Shown: in pieces, positions 18,884 through 28,889 of the stretch
Layout: each line of letters begins with the position of its first letter
Position numbering within the stretch: the stretch's first letter is position 1
The notes under the pieces: model-generated
Told to the model about the DNA's origin: nothing
What the model saw: only the letters and a program-made list of their open reading frames with translations
Databases searched by the model: none
Program-made: the position numbers and the translations under genes
NCBI GenBank assembly: GCA_017512925.1
Contig: JAFWEN010000002.1
Coordinates: 160,502 to 224,501 of the forward strand
Direction: 5' to 3'
DNA from: Candidatus Saccharimonadota bacterium
Lineage (GTDB): Bacteria; Patescibacteriota; Saccharimonadia; Saccharimonadales; Saccharimonadaceae
Length of the DNA stretch: 64,000 nt

Positions 18884-19555
18884 TTATTTTATTCCGGCTA
18901 TCTTGCGGATATCTTCTACAAACTTCTTCTTGAAATAAAAAGCGTGATTCTTATTCGATACGTAACGTCCGTAAGTATCGGAATAAATCGGGTGATATTT
19001 TCCACTTCCATCTTTTGCGTCTTTACTACGAACTTGAATATGCTCGCCATTTGAAGTATGAATAAAGCCGTCTGGGCTTGTTTCGATGTGGCTCTTTAGT
19101 TGCTCGCATATAGCGTAATAATCAGCTCTCCAGATATCGACTAAGCTAGCGTATTTTGGATCTGATAAGTCTACATGGATGCTTGGTAAGAATATCCAAT
19201 TTTCCGGAGAGCCGTCTTTACAGACCGGAACATACAAAATATTATTAATCTTTTTATATAATTTTGTATCCTCGAACTTTTTCTGGGATAATAGTTCGTC
19301 AATCATCGCACTAATCTGGGTAATAAAAACTGTTTCTCTAGGATTGCCGTTTGCATTACACTTATTCGTTTTCAATTCGCCATCTTCAAAATCTAAGTCC
19401 GAACTTGATAAATTCATACCGAGGGCAAGCTCAAGTAATTGGCCCGTTTTGCCTTTTGCTATGATAATATCTTCCATATCTTCGGGCGAAAATAAATCTT
19501 TAAATTTTATCCCGACGAGTTTATTTAGTCTCTCACACGCTTCTTGCAATTTCAT
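18884..19555 (-). CDS. MutH/Sau3AI-family endonuclease (single domain)
   Basis: KGKTGQLLELALG...DF..GELKT, matching the MutH KG.G.LLE.LG / D / ELKT pattern; 223 aa. Confidence 0.82.
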   Translation of the reverse strand: MKLQEACERLNKLVGIKFKDLFSPEDMEDIIIAKGKTGQLLELALGMNLSSSDLDFEDGELKTNKCNANGNPRETVFITQISAMIDELLSQKKFEDTKLYKKINNILYVPVCKDGSPENWIFLPSIHVDLSDPKYASLVDIWRADYYAICEQLKSHIETSPDGFIHTSNGEHIQVRSKDAKDGSGKYHPIYSDTYGRYVSNKNHAFYFKKKFVEDIRKIAGIK

Positions 19556-19759
19556 GTATTACGCTCCTTTTTAAAATTAATAAATATCCTTAGTATAATT
19601 TTAACGCGTGCCAAACGATATGAAAAATGGCTATGTTTTGAAATATTCTATCGTTTTATGTCAAGAAAAATCTTTACATCTGTTCCTTGCACAAAACAGA
19701 CCGAAACACCGTTTGCGATCAAGTGGATGCATTCTATTGACTTTTTGCTGTTTTATTTC

Positions 19760-20200
19760 CTAAAATTCGTGGCCGTAACTTGGCGTTATATCTATTGGCT
19801 CAGCCCATAACCAGAGCTTCGTTACGGTCCAGCGTCGCACAAAATACATGCGCAAAATCGCATTATTTACGTCGCGGTCATTTAAGGCGCGCGGAATGTA
19901 GGCGAGAGAGAAGAAGTATTTATCCTTATCCTCGCCATCGTAATGAATATAGACACGCTTTCCGTAGCCAAAGCGCATCTCTTTATCCCAAGTTCCAAGT
20001 AACGTCTCGTCATCAAATTCTCTGAGCGCCCATTTGGCGTCTCTGATATTTGAATCTACTAACTTCATATTCTTTAGATCACCATATTCGCGCGATGATA
20101 GAATGCCTTCGTGTTTAATGTAGAGTTGATGAAGCTGCCTGGCGGTCACTTTGATAGGTTCGCCATTTTTTGGCTTTTTGTATATGCGGCGTTTTGCCAT
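19760..20200 (-). CDS. Hypothetical protein
   Basis: 146-aa ORF with GAGG RBS; no motif recognised. Confidence 0.6.
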   Translation of the reverse strand: MAKRRIYKKPKNGEPIKVTARQLHQLYIKHEGILSSREYGDLKNMKLVDSNIRDAKWALREFDDETLLGTWDKEMRFGYGKRVYIHYDGEDKDKYFFSLAYIPRALNDRDVNNAILRMYFVRRWTVTKLWLWAEPIDITPSYGHEF

Positions 20201-20315
20201 ATTTTACCTCGTTTCTTTGAGGTTGCGTTATATAGACGGTATGCTTATATTATATCGCACTCATTGACCGAAGAAAATCTTGGGGGTTTAATCATTTCGT
20301 AAAGTCAGCAAAATC

Positions 20316-22343
20316 TTATACTTTCAACCCAAGCTTGTCGAAGAATACTTTATGTCTTATCTTGGCGTCTTTCAATAATTTCTCCCATGTAACGAATTCT
20401 ATTCTTAAATTAATTTTGTCCCTATCTAGAAACCATCCTTCTCCATCTGGCATTACCGTCATATTTTTTTCATAAACTAACCACTTTTTTACGTCATTGT
20501 TGGCACTTGCTATAATATATCCGTAAAATGGCGTTGTTTGCGATACATTGATGTCAAAACCGTTAGGCTGCTTAAGCTTGCCATCTTTAAATTGCAAAAC
20601 ATATCTTACAATTTGCTCTACGGGATCTTCCTCATCGGATTGGCCGATAAAGTCAGTTCTACCAGGTCTTTTAAACTCGAAAATAGTTATTGGACAACTC
20701 GAGGACTCTCCGTCTCTATATGAGACTGGATAATGGAAGGCGGCTATATCGGGACGATCGTCGCTTTCAGTAAATCTTTTTTTGTCCGAACTCAAATATT
20801 GTGTAAAATTCAGCGACTCATCTATTAGCCAAAGATTGTGCTGTTCATTGGGGATTTCTTCAGAGTCTTTCCTGGTTGGGAAAATTATATCATGCAGTAA
20901 TTTTTCTTTCTCATATTTTTCCAAATCATTCCATTGCATTGCTTTTTCAAAAAGTTTTAGGGCGGCTTTTCTAAAAATCATGTACTGAATTAAATTACTT
21001 TCATCTGTTTCGTTTAATTCTTTTGATAAGTCAGACATTTTTTGAACAAGATTTTCTCCTTTTATGTCTAATTTGTTCAAGATATTCTCAGCTTGGTCAC
21101 GCCTATTTGAGTCCACTTCGTATTTGACCTTATGCAATTCCGCCTCAATCTCTTCTTCTGATGGATTGATTTTTATCGATTCAAAATTGACTTTATCTAG
21201 GTAGTTTCTATACCAGATATTGCGTTCAGCATAGTCTTTAAAAGCCTTTTTCTTATTTTGAAATCTCGTTACAATTGTGTTTTGCATTTTCTTTTTGGCC
21301 TCTAAGGCTATAGACTCTTCGATGTCTTTTTTGCCAATAGGGAATTCTAAGTTTGGGGAATTGTCGAAATAAAAATCCGTTCGCTCATTATTAACGTTTT
21401 TGTCCAAATATTCGCCATATACGTAATATCTTAAAACATATTTTTGCTGTTTACCGTCTATTTCTTCCTCAAAATCTTCCGCAAATTCTGGGATATAATC
21501 TTCCAACTTTGCTTCCGTAACAACTTTATTATTTGCCGTAAGCATAATCCTGCTAACTTGACTATAAACTTTTCTGAGTTTAAAGGCCTTAAAACCAAAA
21601 TTTTCTTTATCCTTGGTATTTTGAACGTTGACGAATCCTGTATCCACTAAACTGATTTTGGATTCTGCGCCATCGCCTATTTGGTCGTTTAGCACGATTT
21701 CATGTTCGTCATCGTGAACCACGATGCGTGGGCAGACGAAATTATCTACCACGAAGTAGTTCAAAATCTTTTCGAGTATTCTGTGCGCAAAGGATTCCGT
21801 AGAATCATTGAAGTGTTTTATTGGCCCGCAATATCCCAATAGTGTGATTTTTGATCCCACTGGCATGTTGCCGTCTGATATTTCTATTCGTTCATCTTCC
21901 ACGATATCATATTTCCTTCCGAATCTAAAAAAGCGACTCTTTAAGCTACCTTTATCGCTAAAGGTGCTTTCTACTGTTACTTCTCGGAAATATTTTATAT
22001 AAAACATTCTTCCAAGTCCTTTTCCGCCATTGTTTTGTTTTTGTGGGCTATATAATGTATTGAAAGAGTTTCTATTCTCTTCAGTAAAGCCTATCCCATT
22101 GTCGCTGATTTCAATTTTGTCTATATCTGGGCACGTGCCGTCTCCAAGATTCAGCTGGTTATTCCTCGTTATATAGATATGTATTTCTCCGTCGAATCGG
22201 TTGTCATTCTTTCGACGTGCCTCGATAGCGTCTATAGAGTTAGTGATAGCTTCGACTACGGCATTATAAACAGTTGATTGTTTACCAAAATCTTTTAGAT
22301 ATTTTTCTATATATATTTTCGTAGTTTCGCCGTGGCCATTCAT
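20316..22343 (-). CDS. GHKL (MutL/MORC-like) ATPase fused to a PD-(D/E)XK-like nuclease
   Basis: EAITNSIDA, DNGIGF, GKGLGR; C-terminal RPDIAAF...IFEFKRPG; start moved to MNGHGE. Confidence 0.8.
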   Translation of the reverse strand: MNGHGETTKIYIEKYLKDFGKQSTVYNAVVEAITNSIDAIEARRKNDNRFDGEIHIYITRNNQLNLGDGTCPDIDKIEISDNGIGFTEENRNSFNTLYSPQKQNNGGKGLGRMFYIKYFREVTVESTFSDKGSLKSRFFRFGRKYDIVEDERIEISDGNMPVGSKITLLGYCGPIKHFNDSTESFAHRILEKILNYFVVDNFVCPRIVVHDDEHEIVLNDQIGDGAESKISLVDTGFVNVQNTKDKENFGFKAFKLRKVYSQVSRIMLTANNKVVTEAKLEDYIPEFAEDFEEEIDGKQQKYVLRYYVYGEYLDKNVNNERTDFYFDNSPNLEFPIGKKDIEESIALEAKKKMQNTIVTRFQNKKKAFKDYAERNIWYRNYLDKVNFESIKINPSEEEIEAELHKVKYEVDSNRRDQAENILNKLDIKGENLVQKMSDLSKELNETDESNLIQYMIFRKAALKLFEKAMQWNDLEKYEKEKLLHDIIFPTRKDSEEIPNEQHNLWLIDESLNFTQYLSSDKKRFTESDDRPDIAAFHYPVSYRDGESSSCPITIFEFKRPGRTDFIGQSDEEDPVEQIVRYVLQFKDGKLKQPNGFDINVSQTTPFYGYIIASANNDVKKWLVYEKNMTVMPDGEGWFLDRDKINLRIEFVTWEKLLKDAKIRHKVFFDKLGLKV

Positions 22344-22626
22344 AATATTAATTATACCACGCCTTAACTTGTATATCGACAGACGGCACATTCGTTATAA
22401 TTTATCTATTAGATGCTACTACTGGTTCGTAATTGTGTTGGTTGTCTTTGGTTTAGTATGTGAAGTCGCTGGGTTTATTGATGATATTGCTTTGGACAAG
22501 AATATAGGTCGGTCGCCAGTTTGGGTTTTCAATTATGTAATTAATGGCGCCACAGAGAGGTTCGTAAAGGTTTGGACTTCGCTCACCAAACGAAGATATA
22601 ACTGAACCCGTCGAAAGGCGGTGTTT

Positions 22627-23001
22627 TTATTTGTCTGAGAGTAAGTAGCTTTTCTTAATGAGTTCAAATATTAGTCCGTTCGGTAAAGTCCCGTCAAGCC
22701 AAATAGTGATCCAGTTGTTCTTATTCATGTGATAAGCCGGGAAGATATGGTCACTCGTTTCGGCGAAGTCATAAGTCTGATTTTTATCGAACTTGAGATT
22801 AATAACGTCGATTGCTTTATCTTCTTTTATCCCCAGACTCTTGCTGGATATAGTTGCTACTAATGCAAACCATTTCTTGTTATTGCCATGGCGGAAAACT
22901 GCGTAACCTGGATAGCGATCTGGCCATAAGAATTCTGGATTCGCTTCATATTCAGATTTAATATGTTTCACTACTATATTCGCTTGTCTTTTCTCGCTCA
23001 T
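22627..23001 (-). CDS. MmcQ/YjbR family DNA-binding protein
   Basis: AVFRH..NKKWFA, INLK, PAYHMNKNNWI. Confidence 0.88.
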   Translation of the reverse strand: MSEKRQANIVVKHIKSEYEANPEFLWPDRYPGYAVFRHGNNKKWFALVATISSKSLGIKEDKAIDVINLKFDKNQTYDFAETSDHIFPAYHMNKNNWITIWLDGTLPNGLIFELIKKSYLLSDK

Positions 23002-23003
23002 TT

Positions 23004-23513
23004 TTATTTCACGTCAATACTTATTGAGATATTTCCATCATCTAGGCTTGGCAAATTGTTAATATGCCCAATTTTTGAGTAGCTATAACTTGTGTCGAAT
23101 GACTCGTAGAAGATTACGAGACAGTTATCTCCAAATAGCATCACGTCACCGGCTTCGATATGCTTCGGGCTATAAGTATTTGTTGGTAGAGATTCATCTA
23201 AATACGCGTACTTCTCATTTTTATTCAGATCGTTCATCGTGATATCTAGAGGCAATAGTTTAACTAAGGCGGAAGTAGTTGAGTTTTCCTCTAAGTTTAT
23301 CTCGAGTTTTTCGTTATTAAGGCTTGCGTAGATTTTGGCCATTTTATTCTCCTTTTCATTGTTGTTGGTGATTGAAGTCTCTTGATTTAATTCAGTATTT
23401 ATATTTGGACTTTTATTATTCATCAGGATTGTCGTAACAATTACTGAGACTGTTACAACAATAAGTATGGGTATGGAAATCTTGAGGTCTTTATCTATTT
23501 TAGTGCTAACCAT
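23004..23513 (-). CDS. Cyclophilin-like fold protein with an N-terminal TM
   Basis: LPLDITMNDL..NEKYAYL, GDVMLFG.NCLVIFY, YSYSKIG. Confidence 0.8.
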   Translation of the reverse strand: MVSTKIDKDLKISIPILIVVTVSVIVTTILMNNKSPNINTELNQETSITNNNEKENKMAKIYASLNNEKLEINLEENSTTSALVKLLPLDITMNDLNKNEKYAYLDESLPTNTYSPKHIEAGDVMLFGDNCLVIFYESFDTSYSYSKIGHINNLPSLDDGNISISIDVK

Positions 23514-23514
23514 A

Positions 23515-23772
23515 CTATATTTTCTTCCATCTTTTGAGAGTTGGAAAAACCTTAGTGCAATACTCTTTCATTTGCTCGTTCGTCATACCGGCCTGTTCGC
23601 CAAACTTCGAGCACATTTCAATATACTCTTCCATGGAAACCTTATCTACGAATTCACCATCTTTATAACACCACTTACAGTAGTCTTTATTGATACTGCC
23701 GTCTTTTTCAGTAGAATACATATCCTTTGAAGTTAGCGGCATTGCACAGCTTTGGCAAATAGTTTGTTCCAT
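23515..23772 (-). CDS. Zinc-ribbon domain protein
   Basis: CQSCAMP...DYCKWCYKDG...PTLKRW. Confidence 0.85.
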   Translation of the reverse strand: MEQTICQSCAMPLTSKDMYSTEKDGSINKDYCKWCYKDGEFVDKVSMEEYIEMCSKFGEQAGMTNEQMKEYCTKVFPTLKRWKKI

Positions 23773-23886
23773 AAAAGATCCTTTGTTTACTTACTATAAT
23801 TATACCATTGACATTGTATTTCTTTTATTTTCTCCATTGTCATTGTTTCAAGCCTCTGCGGCTCCAATTGAGCTGTATTTTCTTAA

Positions 23887-23911
23887 AAGTTCGAATGTAG
23901 TGCGAAGCACG
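23887..23911 (+). repeat. Direct repeat copy 1 containing a GCGAAGC mini-hairpin
   Basis: AAGTTCGAATGTAGTGCGAAGCACG; 23/25 identical to 30717-30741. Confidence 0.7.
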
Positions 23912-24042
23912 ACATCCCCATGGAGCGAAGCGACATCCCTATCTCTTTGCCTGTATATATATCACCAACATTTGAATCAGAAGCTGCTTATGCGGTGTTT
24001 TTCGTGCATCGCTAGACGGCTTCTGTTTTTCGAATAGTCGGA

Positions 24043-27000
24043 TTATTTTCTTCTGCGTATGAACCAAAGCGTGCTCGCTATGGCGCCTAGGGCAGTAAAT
24101 GATATGCTGCTAAGTGCCACGGTGGCAACTCTTGTGAAGGCGCCGGTATCTGGTGTTGCGGGGTCGATTTCGTCTGCGTTCCTGCCACCAACTTGGTTAA
24201 TGTAACCTTTGAACCAGGCAGGCAGAAGCTCCATGTTGCGGAATTTTTCGGTTGGCCAGGTATCGCCGTTACCTGCTTCGTCACCGGCACTTGCGACGCG
24301 GACAGCTAAGTATTCGTGGTTAGCGCTTAACATATCGTCAGGGTTCACGATAGTATCCGTAATTTCTTCGCCTGGGGCTAGGTCGCTGAATGGGACTTCT
24401 TTGTAGACTGTTTTGTTGACCGTATTATAATATACTAGCTTTCCACTCTTGTGACCTGGGCCTAGTGATTTGGCTGTTACCGTGTAGGCATCGTGGTCGC
24501 CACGATCGTGAAAATCGTATTTCAAGTTAGTAATTTGGACTTGGCCTTCGCTAGCATCGACTACATATTCTGACTGTACACCGATGTCGGCATAATCGTC
24601 ATCGCGACTGGTGGCGCCTAGTATATAGGTGTGTGGATTATTATAGTCGGCTTCTGGGAGTTCTAACTCGAGCTGATAAGTATCACCTGGGCTGAGCGTC
24701 GGGATTTCGTAATCTGCTAACTTGACGTATCTATCACTGAATTCGCCTTCGTTCTTTAGATATAAGGAGAACTTGTCAACGTGGAACAAACCAGTATTTT
24801 TCAGAAGTGCATCTACCTTTGCTACATTAGTGTCCACACCTAGATTTCTAGAATTAGTGATATCGGCGGCGAGGATTGAAATGTGATTGGTGGCTGCGCC
24901 CGACATTGCGTACATGTCGGCTTGCCTTTCCACCCAATCTGGATCAACATACTCATAGTTTTGTGCTGTGTAGATAATAAACGGAACGGCGGTACTACCA
25001 GAAATAGCATTGTTGCCGACAAAGAGACCAGCATAGTAAGTTACGTTGGAATTTTCGTCTACGTTCGTGACTAATACAGGGTCATAGTTGCACTCGCCAT
25101 TAGCTTTGACGTAGCCAACTAGGTTTTGACGTGAGTCCACATTGGAAAGGTAGGAAACCATGAATGTTTCATTCAAATCGCCAATGATTTCGAATGGTGC
25201 GTATGGGAGGGTATGAGTGTCGTCTCCAAATTCGACCTCCTTTTGTTCGAGATTCGTAGAACTGTAGAGTTTGCCGTCTCGCATGAATACCAAGGTCGGC
25301 TCGCCATTTTTGGTTACGAATTGGGCGCCCCACGCATTGCTAAAAGTGGCCAATACTTCATGATCGGCACTAACGACATAAGTGTCAACTTTGTTGGCGT
25401 AATCATTCCAGAGAGTAACTACAGCGCTAGGTTTGCCATCATAGATTCCGACATCGAACGAAGCAATCGTACCCCATAGATTCAAGATTACATTTCTATC
25501 CCACTGATTGCCATTTTTGCGGAAAAGTACGATGCTGCGATCGCCGTCAATCAGACCTTCTGGATCGTATTCGGCATTAGTGTAAGCGAAGATATATGGT
25601 TCATGATCATCTTCGCTTCCACTGCTGGTTACGCCAACGCCACCGTAAATATAATATGAATCTGATGTGACTTGTTCTTGGCCCTCAAAGGTGTTGGTAT
25701 CAGGGTCGAACTTAGCAATCATGATTTCACCACTCTTTGCAACTTCAGTTAAGGTAGCACCGTTACTGCCGTCGTTTGTGAGGCGACGCCATACGAGATA
25801 AGACTCATCCGGGTCGGAACTATGCGTGAACTTAGCGTCAAAGTCTTGACCATCATTATCAGCGACAGGTTGAGGCTGACTCATCTGCTGGGCAGAGCCA
25901 TCATAGATTGAATAGTCGAGCTCGCCATTATTATTTGCAAAAACTGTGACAGCGTTTAATTCGTTAGTAGGATGCTTGATGGCTTGGATGCCACTATGCG
26001 GATAGACATTTTCGGCAATACGATGAGCATAATCGTAACTATTTGCAATTTGAGCTTCGGTACTATCCGAAGGAACAGTCAAGGATGGTCCGCCACCAAA
26101 GCCCGTAGGCTCTAGGGGTATGGAGTTAGTATTCTTGGTTGGTTTGTCAAGATTTTCGAGATTCCAAGTGGTTTCGCCTTCTGGCATTTTTATGGTGCCA
26201 GCTGGCTTGCTGCCGTAGTCGTTAGCGACCAGTTCTTCTTGTTTTTCTTTGATGGTTTCTTGCAAATTTAGATCTGTCGTATAAGTGATTTGGTCGTCTG
26301 TTTCGGTCATATGATCAAGGAAATCGTAGGAGCCTTTCACGAAAGTAAATGTTGCCACTGTGCGTCCGAGGACTTTTGCTCTCAAACCGACTTCGCCAGA
26401 AACATTGAGACTGTAAAGGTCGAATACTGGCAAGAAGTGTGACTTGAGGCTGAGATTGGCTGCACCATAAATGCCAATTGATGCGAGCCAGCCAGAACCG
26501 ATGCCGCCGTAGAGTTCTAATCCAGCAGATGCGCCAAGGTCGAGAGTTCCGTTAAATGGTAGATCGCTTTTCGGGAAAATCAGGAAGGTGAATTCTCCAT
26601 CGGCGCCAATAGTTACCGTTAACGAATAAGTGAAGATAGCGTATTGGCCAGTAACTTTATATCCGGTACCAACATAGAATTGGAGAGTGCCTGTCATTTT
26701 TTCAGGATGATTATCATAGGAAGTAGCGTAACCAGCAAACGACCAAACTAGTCCGATGCCGCCTTTATCTTGTTGATGCTCCTGAGTGTCTTTCCATTTT
26801 TGATACATGTTGGATTTGGAAATGCGATCCTTGAAGTTATCTTTTTCTGCGTCTTCCCAGAATTCTTTGTCGGTGGAATTAGTACCGATGCCAAGTACTG
26901 AACGGCCATCTGGATAGTGCTCATATTTGATTGGAATTGGTATAGGGCTAAGGGAGAAGTTCATACCTGTGGTGATTGTGCCCATGTCGATCTTGATGTC

Positions 27001-27477
27001 TTTCATTGGACCGATAGTGACTGGTATTTCAAAATCTTCCTTGGTAGCGTTTTGTTTGATAATGAGGCCGAGCATGGTTTGGCGAACGACGTTGTCGTCC
27101 CAGTCATAGAGGATGATTTCGAGACCGGAGTTTGCGATGAGTTTGGTGGCATTGAAACTACATTGTTTGGTGCCGGTTTGGCAGATGTTCTTAGCTTCAC
27201 CGTCTTCGGTGATGTCGCGAAGTAAAATTGTCTTTACGCCATAGAATCCTTCTTCTACATCAAAATCGAGCGTTATATCTTTTTGATCGTCGATGGAAAC
27301 AACATAAACGTTGTTATAAATATCTACTACGTCTTGATCGTAGGTCATTGTTACTGCGTGGAGTATGTCCCCGCCTGCAGAATCTTCCGCAAATGTGTTT
27401 GACGTTGTAAAAAAAATAACTAGTGCTAAAGAAAATAACATTAGCGCTGCGATTTTCCATTGTTTAATATTATACAT
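24043..27477 (-). CDS. Large cell-surface protein with a C-terminal sorting signal
   Basis: Signal peptide; acidic, beta-rich body; TPDTG + TM + RRRK. Confidence 0.8.
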   Translation of the reverse strand: MYNIKQWKIAALMLFSLALVIFFTTSNTFAEDSAGGDILHAVTMTYDQDVVDIYNNVYVVSIDDQKDITLDFDVEEGFYGVKTILLRDITEDGEAKNICQTGTKQCSFNATKLIANSGLEIILYDWDDNVVRQTMLGLIIKQNATKEDFEIPVTIGPMKDIKIDMGTITTGMNFSLSPIPIPIKYEHYPDGRSVLGIGTNSTDKEFWEDAEKDNFKDRISKSNMYQKWKDTQEHQQDKGGIGLVWSFAGYATSYDNHPEKMTGTLQFYVGTGYKVTGQYAIFTYSLTVTIGADGEFTFLIFPKSDLPFNGTLDLGASAGLELYGGIGSGWLASIGIYGAANLSLKSHFLPVFDLYSLNVSGEVGLRAKVLGRTVATFTFVKGSYDFLDHMTETDDQITYTTDLNLQETIKEKQEELVANDYGSKPAGTIKMPEGETTWNLENLDKPTKNTNSIPLEPTGFGGGPSLTVPSDSTEAQIANSYDYAHRIAENVYPHSGIQAIKHPTNELNAVTVFANNNGELDYSIYDGSAQQMSQPQPVADNDGQDFDAKFTHSSDPDESYLVWRRLTNDGSNGATLTEVAKSGEIMIAKFDPDTNTFEGQEQVTSDSYYIYGGVGVTSSGSEDDHEPYIFAYTNAEYDPEGLIDGDRSIVLFRKNGNQWDRNVILNLWGTIASFDVGIYDGKPSAVVTLWNDYANKVDTYVVSADHEVLATFSNAWGAQFVTKNGEPTLVFMRDGKLYSSTNLEQKEVEFGDDTHTLPYAPFEIIGDLNETFMVSYLSNVDSRQNLVGYVKANGECNYDPVLVTNVDENSNVTYYAGLFVGNNAISGSTAVPFIIYTAQNYEYVDPDWVERQADMYAMSGAATNHISILAADITNSRNLGVDTNVAKVDALLKNTGLFHVDKFSLYLKNEGEFSDRYVKLADYEIPTLSPGDTYQLELELPEADYNNPHTYILGATSRDDDYADIGVQSEYVVDASEGQVQITNLKYDFHDRGDHDAYTVTAKSLGPGHKSGKLVYYNTVNKTVYKEVPFSDLAPGEEITDTIVNPDDMLSANHEYLAVRVASAGDEAGNGDTWPTEKFRNMELLPAWFKGYINQVGGRNADEIDPATPDTGAFTRVATVALSSISFTALGAIASTLWFIRRRK

Positions 27478-27654
27478 TTGGCCTCCTAGTTAAAAATGTA
27501 TGACTACTTATGCTTAATTATAACATAGTATTTATGGTTTAATAAAAAACTCATACTTGAACGATAAATAATTAATAGCTACAATATTTACAAACCATAA
27601 CCATTTTGTGCTATAATCAAAATAATGTAGGCCAAATATTATTTAAGGAGTTCT

Positions 27655-28881
27655 ATGAATCAAGTTAAGCAAAAGAATATATTCTTAAGAATGCTGGTGT
27701 GTTTTGCAGTGGCAATTTTAGCATTATCAAATGTTTATATTCCTAAGGCATCCGCCACCGAAAGCTATTTCACCGCAGAAGGCGGTACGCTCGAACTTGA
27801 CAACACCGACCCAGACCATCGAACAATCTGGGTAAAATTAAAAGCGGCGCGTGAGATGACAATACACTATTTAGAAGGGTATTTTACCCCTGTTGAGGAT
27901 GACGAGGAGCTAGAGTATGGTTTTGGCGATATTAGTGCGGTTTTTCCAGGTATGGGCGGAAATAGCTGTTCTCTAAGTGACGGCTGGTTTTATTGGAGTG
28001 CTGAAGAATATATGGACCCATCTGTAAGTAGTGAGGGAATTCATGTTCAAGCTGGTGATGCTGTTTTTGAAGTTGCCTATGATGTAAAACCAGGAGTCGA
28101 AGTCATGAAGCGCAACATGCCAGTCACTCTCGACCTCGCCATTATCGGCGAAGGCACTGAAACTGGCAAACAAATCCGAGACATCACCATGGATGCCTAC
28201 GTAAGAGCCGGCCACAATCTTTTCGTATATAAATACATCATGGGCAACGGAAACCTCGATGTACCAAATATTGTAGTTGGTGGCACTGATGTAGAAGTAG
28301 GAATCGTACCAGAACCTGGTAATGAGCTAGTATACCTAGAATTGAATGGTCAAGAAGTCACCGATCAGGTACAAGACAATGTTTTCAGAGTAACACCCGG
28401 TACACAGTCTTTAACCTTTTACGCAAACTTTCTCCGGGTTTATCCGGTACTAGAAGGTGACGGCGGCGAGCACATAATCGGTAGTGAAGAACCATTAGTC
28501 TTCAAAATCGATAACGATGTAACGACATTCTGTGATACAGGCGTTTTCATGATTGATGGTGAGTATCAAGATATGCGCACAGATTGTGAAGTAGATCCAG
28601 ACAACCAGACTATTATTCTCCCAGCGAGTTTCTTAAACACTCTCGCGCTAGGCGAACATTCCTTTGAAGCATATTTTACGGAACCTGAAGCTGGAAATGC
28701 TAGAGCTCGCTTTGTAATTACAGAAGAAGATATTCCGGTCCCTAATACTGGTGTGTTCATAGGTGAAGGTGGTAGCGCAGAAATTGCAAACAATTTTATG
28801 GCTACTGTTGCGCTTGCCGGAATTGTCGTAGTGACAGGCGTTTTGATGAAAAGAGCGAACGGGAATAATCGTAATAGATAA
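27655..28881 (+). CDS. Cell-surface protein with Ig/X2-like domains and a sorting signal
   Basis: Signal peptide; IILPASFLNTLALGEH; VPNTG + TM + basic tail. Confidence 0.75.
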   Translation: MNQVKQKNIFLRMLVCFAVAILALSNVYIPKASATESYFTAEGGTLELDNTDPDHRTIWVKLKAAREMTIHYLEGYFTPVEDDEELEYGFGDISAVFPGMGGNSCSLSDGWFYWSAEEYMDPSVSSEGIHVQAGDAVFEVAYDVKPGVEVMKRNMPVTLDLAIIGEGTETGKQIRDITMDAYVRAGHNLFVYKYIMGNGNLDVPNIVVGGTDVEVGIVPEPGNELVYLELNGQEVTDQVQDNVFRVTPGTQSLTFYANFLRVYPVLEGDGGEHIIGSEEPLVFKIDNDVTTFCDTGVFMIDGEYQDMRTDCEVDPDNQTIILPASFLNTLALGEHSFEAYFTEPEAGNARARFVITEEDIPVPNTGVFIGEGGSAEIANNFMATVALAGIVVVTGVLMKRANGNNRNR

Positions 28882-28889
28882 TAATTGTC

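Noticed and set aside
22500-22590. GGTCGGTCGCCA and GCTCACCA as internal degenerate att or tRNA ends
   Set aside because: Only 8 bp match the att core, which cannot be distinguished from chance
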